From Azolla caroliniana (taxonomy: Eukaryota > Plantae > Polypodiophyta), in the NCBI GenBank assembly GCA_043228905.1, contig JBHGNT010000009.1:11718001-11782000 (forward strand): DNA of 64,000 nucleotides. Direction: 5' to 3'. Position numbers and translations under genes: made by a program. This document shows, one piece after another, positions 50,301 through 61,100 of the stretch. Numbering within the stretch: position 1 is the stretch's first letter; every line of letters begins with the position of its first letter. The notes below the pieces were generated by a model that had not been told where the DNA came from, did not search any database, and saw only the letters and a program-made list of their open reading frames with translations.

Positions 50301-52564
50301 CGGCGTCCCATACCACCATTGTGGCGTCGAGTCGTACATGGTGCTGGCGCGCTCGCTACAAGAGTTGACCCACCACAAGACAAAGTCTGGACGTAGTCAA
50401 CAAGATGATGAAATGAGGGTAGCTAGGCCTCTTATTTATAGCGATACCCAAGGCCCCCAACCATGTTCACACTTGGCCTAATGGGTTGTCTCAATCCCGA
50501 GGATTAAAAGTAATCCTCCCCTTCTTTACACTCTTGTTTAACCCTCACACTTATCCATGTGTATAGAATACTACGGTAAATTCTGACCACGAGATATTAT
50601 ATGGTCATGCCCATAACAATGATTGTGGTGTATTTCGTAAAGTTGATTTGGATTCGGATGTTGTTATGCATACATTCATACATTCGTAACAATGATTGTG
50701 GTGTATTTCGTAAAGTTGATTTGGATTCGGATGTTGTTATGCATACTCCCACTTATAAGAAAAACTTGTGTATGCCCATTATTAACAACATGTATGGTTT
50801 TCGAGTAGTTTAATGTATGCTTGACATGTTACAAGTGTCATCTAAGACTGAGTTCCCAAGTCCTCCTTCAAGAAGCCTTTACTAAGAAATGAAATCCTAA
50901 GAAGCCTTCCCAAGTTTCCCAACATTTGTCTTAAATTCTTCTTTTGGAAAGGTAGGGTAAACTAAAACTTATCAAAATAGGTGATTGACAAATACTAAGG
51001 TTTTTGTGACAAATGCAATCCCTTAATAAGCTTCACCCTCAAATGAAATGATTAAGTCTCACATTAAGCCTTGTAAAGATTATGTGTGAAAGCTAAAGCA
51101 GAACACAACCGGCTCAATCGGATAGCAACAAAGAAATAATGGAGATAGACAGAACTCGGGAGAGACTAAGAGAGCAAATGACAAAAAATCAGATTCAAAA
51201 TAATACATTGTCGTGAAGATTTTCGGCAACGGTGTGAAAATTGCATGGAATGTACAAAATCGAGTGTGGTTCTTCACACACAACATAAAACAATAATAGT
51301 GAAGATACTATTTTATACTAGTTTAAGATCTTGGTACAAAAAGATGGAGGTCTTCAAGAGCTTTCGAATACACTTTACCACATAAGAAACGGACAACTAA
51401 GTGACAAGTTATGTGGGTACGAAGTTTGCGAAGCACAAGAGAAAAAACAAAACTACGAGATATCCCACATAGACAGGACAAATAAGGATCCGAGAGTATA
51501 TAACCAGGGCCAAAATCTATTACTTTGTGTCTATGATTGGATCATAGAATGTTTAAGGTGACTTGAGCTAAACTAATTAGATGAATGGGTGTGGCCTAAC
51601 TACTCATAATGGTTTTGGAAGACCGGACCGGACGGACGACCACGGAGCCAGATGTAGATCGGATGGACGGGATAGATGGGTCGGTCGGATAGGTTGATCG
51701 CGAAGCACAGTTTCTTGAAGATTTCGGTGTGAAACGAAAAAGCCAAGTCATTTCTTTAAGTTATATTTTTATCATTATACTTTCACATGTAAATTCTCAT
51801 ACATGAGAGCTTGATTGAGTGACATGGTTATCATGCAACACATGTAATGCATGAGCGCCAAATGGCAATCATGCATTTTATGCATTACATGCATGTCTTG
51901 CACCCTCACATGCATCATATGCATGGGGGCATCTATAAAAGAGTGAATGAAGAAGAAAAACGAGCTAGGTATTAATCAAGAATTTAATAATAAAAAAAGA
52001 AAAGAAAATTCGTTATCCAATCTAAAGTCAAGAGTTGAATCTTAACCTCTCTCTCCATTTCAATCTTTCTCAATTTGTTTCAAAATTGGAATCTTAATCT
52101 CAATCTCTCTCTTTCAATCTATCTTAAATAATATATTGCTAAAGCTAGTACAAACTTCGAATCCTTCCGGTTCAGGACCCCGTCGGTTCCGCCTCATGAT
52201 CCGCACATAGTGACGGATTTTCACGACAACGCTCTGATTTTTACAAGTGTGCTTAGAGAGCACTTTTATACAAGGCCTAATAGTGGACTGACACAAGTAC
52301 TATTAGTACTTTAATGCTCATGAATGAGCTTGACATTAACTCGGACCATAATATTCCTATTTACTAGCATAGGAATATAGCCCCTTAGTGTTATAACTAC
52401 CTATTAAACTAGGAGCGTAGGCCTCTAATGGCCTGCCAGCTCCCCACGGATGCAGCTCTCGACTTACTCAACCAATCCAACCCCTGTTGAGCTTGCTTCT
52501 CAACACTCCCCCTCAAGCTCAACTTGAGGTTCCTTCTGCTCCACCGGTTCTGGTGTCTTCACAC

Positions 52565-55462
52565 TATCGTGGTGTGGCGTGTGCAGTGTGAGAGAAAGCG
52601 AGGTTCCAGGCACATCTCATACAGTCATGTATAAATGAAAAAAAATAAAATTAGATCATCTATAGTAGCCCAATGGTTAGGCCTAATAAGTATATATAGA
52701 GAGGTGTACAATTCAAGTCTCTCTTTTTTTGGTGCAAACCAAGGAGTATTTTGTTCCCCTTCCTTTTTTGTGACAAAGGAAATAAAAAAAAGCATGTAAT
52801 GTTAATATAGGCGCCCCTGCCCTCTATAAGAGGGGAGGAATAGGGCTTATTATGGGGTCACCCATTTTGTCTTCTAGGGGTGTACCACTAGGGTTTCATC
52901 TTTTTCTCCTCTTCTTCTTGGGTTAGGGTTCAATAGCCTCCCTTTCTCCTTCTTCTTTTTCTTGTAGGGTTAGGGTTTGAGAGCTTCTTCTTTCTACTTT
53001 TCTATCTTTCTCCTCAACATATTAGAGAACCCGAGGTTTAGGGCTTTTATGTTCCTTATGAGAGTCTAGGGTTCTTCTTTCTTATGAGTTTTAGGGTTGT
53101 GAGTTTTGCATCTACTTGAGAGTTTGGGTTTGGGTTTGGGTTCCTTATACGACGACTTCTTCAACATCTTGGTGGTAGTCAACTCGGTGGCCAGTTGCGG
53201 AAGGGAGGTTGTAGTAGCACAAGGGCTACTCCGAATCGAGGCAACATAGCCATCGGAAGTAGTCGAGCTCGGAGCCCACTAGACTCGCCTTTGCTAGATT
53301 ATTTTAGCCTTTGATTATTTCATTACCGATTATTGTAAAAACCACCAAAATTGTGGTGTTAAGCTTAGCAATTCCAAAGAAAGCAAAAACCCATTTTGAT
53401 TCATAGCCGTTTTTTTATTAATCATGAAATTGATTCTATGTAAAAAAACCACTAACATCGTGGTATTAAACCTAACTGTTGTATAAATTGCCCATGTCTT
53501 TGTCTTGAACTCCCACTTCCTCACTACTTTTGTCTCCCTGGTCCAAGGCCCCAACAGTCCCGTTCAAGCGACCCACGCACCCGAAACTTTGCGACATTGG
53601 TGAACCCGACGTGAAAGAGCGGTAGGGGAGGACAAAGACGGATGAAGAAGAGATTATGTTGAAGTTGATTGTTGATTTTGTGCAGGCAAGACGCAACGAA
53701 GGAAAGAAAATAAAGGTTGACAACCTTTGGCCTCACCACATCAATTTTCTTCGGCACATGCTAGAGGATGTGCAGTTTGGTGGGGGTGGATGTTGTGGTG
53801 TGGCGTGTGCAGTGTGAGAAAAAGTGAGAGTCCATGCACATCTCATGAAAGAATGTATAAATAAAAATAAAAACAATAAAAATAATAAGTACCTTGTAGT
53901 AGCTTAGTGGTTAAGGCATATAAGTATATGTAGATAGGTGTAGACTTCAAGTCTCTCTTGGTGCAAACCAATGAGTATTTTGTTCCCCTTCCTTTTTTGT
54001 GACAAAGGAAATAAAAAAAAAGCATGTAATTTTAATATAGGCGCCTCTGTCCTCGACTACTTCCGACGGCTATGTTGCCTCGATTCGGAGTAGCCCTCGT
54101 GCCACTACAACCTCCCTTCCGCAACCAACCACCGAGTTGGCTACCACATGAGGCGCCGAAGAAGCCATTGTGGAAGGAATCCAAGCCCTAAAATATCTTG
54201 AGTAAGAAGTATAATAGAGGCAAAACTCTCAAACCCTAAAATCCTAACTCCTCTAGTATGTTGAGGAGAAAAGAAGAAAAGTAGAAAGAAGAAGCTCTCA
54301 AACCCCAACCCTAGAAGGAAAAGAAGAAGGAGAAAGGGAGGCTACCAAACCCTAACCCAAGAAGAAGAGGAGAAGATGAACCCCTAGTGGTACATCCCTA
54401 CAGCAAAATGGGCGACCCCATAATAAGCCTTATTCCTCCCATCTTATAGAGAAAAAGGCGCCTATTTAACATTACATGCTTTTTATTATTATTTTCCATT
54501 ATAGAGGAAAGAGGCGCGTATGGAAGGGGAGCAAAATGTTCCTTTATTTGTAGCAAGAGAGACTTGAACTCTATACCTCTATATAAATTTATAAGCCTTA
54601 ACCACTAAGATACTACAAGTTATTTATTATTTTTATTTTCATTTATATATTATCTCAGAAGATGAGCGTGAAAACTCGCTTTTTCTCACAGTGCACACGC
54701 CACACCACGACATCCACCCCCACCAAACCGCACATCCTTCGGCATGTGCCAAAGAAAACAGTGATGTGGCTAGGCCAAAGGTTGTCAACCTTTGTTTTTT
54801 TGTTTTTTTGTTTTTTTTCTTCTTCGTTGCGCCTTGCCCTCGCGAAATCCACGTCTTTGACATCATCTCCATAAAATTTTCTTCGTCTGTGACTGTCCTC
54901 CCCTACCGCTCTTTCACGTCGGGTTCACCATGTCTCAAAGTTTCGCGTGCGTGTGTCGCTCGAACGGGACCGCTGGGGCCTTGGACCGGGGAGACACAAG
55001 AGGTGAGGAAGTGGGAGATTATGACAAAGACATGGAGGAAATATGCATAGGTTTTTATATAAATTAGGGTTTTCGTTTTTATTATTTTTACAATTGTTAG
55101 GCTTCACACCACGATTTTGGTGGTTATTACAATAATCTATTATAAATCAACCAAAGGCTAAAATAATCTAGTGAAGGCGAGTCTAGTGGGCTCCGAGCTT
55201 GACTACTTCCGACGGCTATGTTGCCTCGATTCGGAGTAGCCTATTCCTCCCCTCTTATAGAGGAAAAAGGCGCCTATGGAAGGGGAGCAAAAAGCTCATT
55301 GATTTGTAGGAAAGAAAGACTTGAACTCTATACCTCTCTCTATATATTTATAAGCCTTAAACACTAAGCTACTACAAGTTATTTATTATTATTTATATAT
55401 TATTTTATAAGATGTGCGTGAAAGCTCGCTTTTTCTCACAGTGCACATGCCACACCATGACA
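52565..55462. mobile_element. Inverted dimer of a non-autonomous, non-coding tRNA-Trp-primed LTR element
   Basis: Plus copy: LTR 52565-53596, PBS 53598-53615, PPT about 53775-53790, partial LTR 53791-54054. Minus copy: partial LTR 54052-54712, PPT 54713-54729, PBS 54913-54930, deleted LTR 54931-55462. Flanks are ACAC and ACGC. Confidence 0.88.
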
Positions 55463-56150
55463 ACGCCTTGCTCGCGCTCCTCGTCTCATTCAATTCCGCA
55501 CATCTCGACCCATTTGGTCGGCTTGTCTGCATGTCGGGCCCTTCTCCTCTCCCTCATTGTCACGGTTTTGGCGCCCCTCGACCCGTCTACTCCTTCGTTT
55601 CGGTGTCGGCTTTGACTTCCCTCTCGTCCGCTTGACCTTCATATGATTCGGCTCTCCTGAATCAAACCACTCGACCAAATCGGCTATTTCCGATTCGTTC
55701 CCGCTCTTGTCCGAATTGGCTGTCTCCAATTTGTCCTCCTTCTTCAGGCCCTTGACTACACCCGACCATGTCCATGTCGTGGCCTTTTTCCTCTGGTCGG
55801 CTCTGTCCTTCTTGACTCTACCACTTGCTCCGGCTCTACCGAATGTTTTGACATCCTTAGTCGATTCAGCTTCTTCTTCGGCTCTCCTCCTTTTGGCTAG
55901 TTCGTGTTCCGGCTCATCATCACCATCGTTGTTATTCCCAGCTGCTCTCCCCATCAAGTGCAACACGTCGAGGTGTTGGATCCCAAGCATCTCTGAGAAG
56001 TGTTGTGACTTGTCCATCCCAAGGGCTTTGGTGAAAACGTTGACAACTAGTTGATCGGTTCGAACATACTGGAGTTCGACTTCATTGCTCAAAACCCGCT
56101 TGCGCACAAAGTGATAATGCACTTCTATGTGCTTCATGTGAGCATGAAAT

Positions 56151-56840
56151 TGTTAGGAAATAGGTCCCTCCAAATGGGAAGTGAGAAGAACCGTGTTGAT
56201 GAGCAGGCCTCGGCCGAAACCGGATGTGGAGTACCCGGCAATGGAAGACCCGATGAGAACCGGATGTGGAGTACCCGGCAACGGAAGACCCAATGAGAAC
56301 CGGATGAGGAGTACCCGGCAAGGAAGACCCGGTGAGAACCGGATGTTGCAGGCCCAATGAGAACCTCTCATCAGATGGAAGGGACATATATGTAAATATG
56401 TTCCAGAGAGCCCACCGAGGCTATATTTGTAAATAGCCCGAAAGTCATATTAGTATAAATATGACCTAGGGCAAACTTAATAGTTAGGATGTAGAATTGG
56501 TTGTGTTATTATCGTTGTGGCGATAATTCAGAGCGAAACTGCGTATAGAGAGAGAGAGAGGAAGAGGTTGTTGCCTCTGTCTTAACCGCCTGGTGGTGAA
56601 GCGAGGGAGCAAGAGGTCGTTGCCTCTGTGCCCCATTGTTGTAATCTTGATATAGTGATATTTTGCAGTCTGAGGGTTGTCGTGGTTTTTCCTTGACTTG
56701 GGTTTTCCACGTTAACATCCAGTGCCCTCTCTTCTTTATTGCTTGGTGTGTAGATACACCTCACCACATCCCTGTTTTCTGAGATTGATCCGATGTCTCG
56801 GTTGTGGCCGAGCATAGCTTAGGAAACCGTATTGCTATCA
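56151..56840 (+). mobile_element. Solo LTR related to Copia-H
   Basis: TG...CA ends, TSD GAAAT, and the same 39-bp repeat units as the Copia-H LTRs in the opposite orientation. Confidence 0.9.
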
Positions 56841-58104
56841 GAAATATGGGGTTCTTGGCTAGTTGCATGCTACTAATGTTGTCACAGTAGATCGGAATCG
56901 GAGTGGGAACTTCGACCTGTAAGTCCTGCAACAACCACCTACGCCATATTGCCTCGCACGTAGCGACACTAGCTCATCGGTACTCAACCTCGGTGCTCGA
57001 TAGGGCCACTATCGGTTGCTTCTTGTTGCTCCACTCTACAACCGTGCTCCCAAGAGAGAACATGAGCCCTAATGTCGACCGATGATCCATGGCATCTTCG
57101 GCCCAGTCGGCATCAGTATAGTCAACTAGTTGGTCGACTATGCCATCCTAGTACAATAGTCCTTGCTCCTTCGTGCCATTCACATATCGTGATATTCGAT
57201 GCGTGCACTAAAGGTGCATGATTGTCACTCTCTGCATGAATTGACTTATCACGTCGACCGGATAGCTAAGATCAGGTCGAGTGATTATTAAGTATATCAG
57301 TCTTCTGACATTTTTTGGAACCATTTCTCATCACAAGCTGCTCCTGAGTCAGGACAGATCTTTAGGTTTCTATCGAGAGGAGTGGAGACGGATTGACAAT
57401 CCATCATGCCAAATTTATACGGCATATTCAAGACATAATGTTGTTGAGTGAGGAATATGTTGTCGGGGATGTGGATCACTTTGATCCTGAGGAAGTAGTG
57501 TAGGTCCCCCAAATCCTTCATTTCGAATGTGGCTGACCATTGGGAGTTGGCTGATTTCAGCAAGGGCGGGGCCGGTGATGACCAAGTCGTCCATGTACAA
57601 CAATATGTATGTTGGACCTTTTGGACATTTTCGGATGAACAAAGAAGAGTTGGATTTGGAAACCTGAAACCCCATCTTACGTGACTATTGCGTGATTTTG
57701 GAGTTCCAAGCTCGCGGGGCTTGTTTGAGACCCTAATGTGACTTCTTTAGCTGGCATACTGTCGACTTATTCAACTTCGACTGAAAACTAGGGGTTTGGA
57801 CCATAAATACATGTTCTTCAAGGTCGCCTTGAAGAAACACGTTCTTAACATCCATTTAGTGGAGATGCCACCCCCTTGCTGCTGCAACTACTAGCACCAC
57901 ACAGATTGTTGTCATCTTCGCCATCGGTGCGAAGGTCTTGTCATAGTCAATGCCGTAATTCTGCACGTATACCTTGGCCACCAATCGGGCCTTATACCGG
58001 TTGACCGAACCGTCATCGTTGTACTTCACTTTGTACACCCATTTACATCCGATCGATTTGCAATGTCGGGGAGGGTCAACCAAGTCCCATGCCTTATTGG
58101 CATT

Positions 58105-61100
58105 TGCTGAGAATCAAGCTCAACATAACACAACGTGTGAACACACCTTTTGAGAATCCATGATTACTCAAAGGTCAAGAGTCACACCACTACTCTCTGA
58201 AAGGACTGCACGCTCCTGAAAACCAACGCTCAGCCCCAACCGAGTCTAGGATCAAACACAGAAAAACGGGTAATGTACGCATGACACAGTAAAGAGAAGA
58301 GTACATAGGATGTTTACATGGAAAACCCAAACACGGGAAAAACCATGGCAGTCCACAGACTGCAAACTATCACTATGTTACAATATACAATAGATGAACA
58401 CAGAGGCAACGACCTCTTGTTCACTGTCTTCACCACAGGCGGCGGTTACAACAGAGACAATGTCCTCTTCGTCTCTCACTCTTTGTCTCTGTTACACACT
58501 GTACAAAGGTTACACTAACAACTCTATAATCATTAGTTTGCCCTAAGTCATATTTATACTAATATGACTTTTCGACTATTTACAAATATAGCCCCAATGG
58601 ACTCTCAGAAACATATTTACGAATATGTCCCTTCATCCGGTGAGCACTCCTCACCGGGCATGCATCATCCGGCTCTTGCCGGGCACTCGTCATCCGGTTC
58701 TCACCGGGTCTTCCGTTGCTGGGTACTCCACATCCGGTTCTCACTGGGTCTTCTCACTTTCCATCTGGAGGGACCTGTTTCCTTACAAACTCCCCCTTCA
58801 CTCCGGCATGGGATGTCTTACTAGTCCGATCCGCTTCCGACATGCATCCAGCTTGTCGGGTATCAGCACTTTGGTCAGCATATCTGACCCGTTCTCGGCC
58901 GTGTGGATCTTCATCAGTGCGAACTCTCGATCTTCTACTCGCTCCCCGATCTAGTGATACCTACGCTGGATGTGCTTCGTCCTGGAATGGTACGTTGCAT
59001 TCTTAGCAAGGTGGATGACACTTTGACTGTCGCAATAGAGCTAGTATTCATCTTGTCGGATACCGAGCTCACCGATGAAGTCCTTCATCCATATTATTTC
59101 CTTGCCGGCTTCCACCACCGCCATGTACTCCGCCTCTGTGGTTGACAACGCAACCGTCTTCTGCAGCCTCGATTGCCACGAAACAGCTCCCCCTGCATAT
59201 GTCATTACATACGCGGATGTAGACCAGCTGGTATCCACAATAGCCAACATGTCCGAATCGGTAAAACTGTCTAGTTGAGGTTTACCAGAACCGAATCAGA
59301 GACACATATTTGAAGTGCCCTTCAAGTACTGGAGTATCCATTTGACCGCGTTCCAGTGCTCCTTGCCGGGATTGATCATAAACCGGCTCACCACTACGAC
59401 TGCGTATCCTATATCCAGTCGGGTACACACCATTGCGTACATTAAGCTCCCGACGACAGAGGCATATGGAACCTTCATCATATCCACCTTCTCTGCTTTC
59501 GACTTCGGACTTTTCTTACCGGATAATCTGCAGTTTGCCGGGAGTGTCAATCCGACCGGTTTCACTTCTAACATGTTGAACCGCTGAAGCACCTTTGTCA
59601 CGTATTTCTCCTGTGACAGCGACAATTGCTTCTTTGACCGGTCCCGGATGATGTGTATCCCCAGCATCTGTCTTGCCGGACCCAAGTCTTTCATTGCAAA
59701 AGTTCAGTTGAGAGCCTTCTTCAGCATCCATATTTTGGCTTGGTCCCATCCGACGATCAACATGTCGTCCACTTATAGAAGGAGTATCAGGAAGTCGCCT
59801 CCTTCCAACTTCTTCACAAACACGCAATGATCGGCCTGTGTCTTGTGGTACCCTTGATCGGTCATGAAGGGGTCGAACTTCCGATACCATTGTCGGGGAG
59901 CCTGCTTCAGTCCATACAGGCTCTTCTTCAACCGGCAAACCAGGTGCTCCTTCCCTTTATCCACGAATCCTTCTGGTTGTTGCATGTAGATCTCCTCTTC
60001 GAGGTCACTATGAAGGAATGACGTCTTCCTGTCCAACTGCTCTACCTCGAGGTTCATGCTTGCCGCTATACTCAGCACCATCGGGATGGAGGTCATCTTT
60101 ACTACCGGGGCAAATATCTCGTCGAAGTCCACACCCTTCTTATGCTGGAACCCCTTCACCACAATCATGGCTTTGTATCTCGGGGGGTTGCCGACATCTC
60201 CCGATTTCAACTTGTACACCCACTTGTTTCGGAGTGGCCGCTTTCCTTTCGGCAACTCCACCAATTTGTACGTATGGTTCTCATGCAGGGAATCCATCTC
60301 ATCCTACATGGCACTTAACCATTTGCGTCTATGGGCGTCACTTTTAGCTTCCTCGAAGCTTTCTGGATCCCCCTCATCGGTCAGCAGCACATGCTCTGCA
60401 TCCGGAAATCTTCGGGGGGCCCTTCTCTCGCTGAGAGGATATCTCCGTCTTTGACCTTCAGTAACCGGCTCCACTATTTGTTCTTCATCCGAATCCGATT
60501 CGGGGTCTTGGCCAGTTCCGGTTTCACCTATTCCTTCTTCTTCAACCTGTCTTGTCTCCTTACCGTCACCGGCCGGTTCATCGAGTGCTAACTGGTTTCT
60601 TGCCGGTTGGGTCTGCTCATCGTAGAATCGATCCTTACCAATCAACTCAGAGTTCATTATCTTCTTCTCCGACTCCCAGTCGGCGAACGTCTTGTCCTCC
60701 ATGAAGATAATATCTCGACTCCGGAATACCTTCTTGTCGGCCAGATCCCACACTCGGTAGCCGAACTCATCGTCGCCGTAACCGAGGAATATGCATGGCC
60801 GGGTCTTTGGATCCAACTTTCCTCTCCAGTCCTTAGCAACATGCACGTACATGAGACACCCGAATACCTTCAGATGCCGGTAGGACACTTACTTACCGGT
60901 CCAGACTCTCTGTGGCGTGTCTCCGTCCAAGGGTATTGAGGGTGATCTGTTTATCACATATGTCGCCATTGATAGCGCCTCAGCCCAAAACTTCATGGGT
61001 AATTTTGCATGCGCCGGCATACTCCGGACCCTCTCCATTATGGTTCGGTTCATCCTCTCGGCCAACCCGTTTAGTTCCGGCATCTTCGGCACGGTAAATT

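Larger units (their letters stand above)
21900..50618 (-). mobile_element. Gypsy-A, chromodomain-bearing Ty3/gypsy (chromovirus); outermost element of the nest
   Basis: 457-bp LTRs at 21900-22356 and 50162-50618 (about 17 differences by eye). TSD ATGAT at 21895-21899 and 50619-50623. PBS TGGTATCCGAGC at 50159-50148; PPT about 22359-22370. gag 47730-48554; protease LFDSGSSHNFV about 47460-47490; RT 24150-25022 (VIFLDDIL); RNase H; integrase 22650-23700; chromodomain 22343-22630 (ERILDVK...EFKIKW...ATWE). Confidence 0.95.
52137..58104 (-). mobile_element. Copia-F (A/B/E-related), old, interrupted three times
   Basis: 3' LTR about 52137-52505 (left edge uncertain); PPT 52506-52514; RNase H plus extension ORF 55490-56137; RT fragments 56846-58104. 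Confidence 0.85.

Noticed and set aside
50750-52130. Possible further LTR/TE remnants (also 1-670 and 5400-6400)
   Set aside because: The sequence looks repeat-like, but I could not establish termini, a TSD or coding motifs.
53894-53967. Functional tRNA gene
   Set aside because: The anticodon arm is degenerate and differs among the four copies, all of which lie in LTRs. Reported as a tRNA-like module instead.
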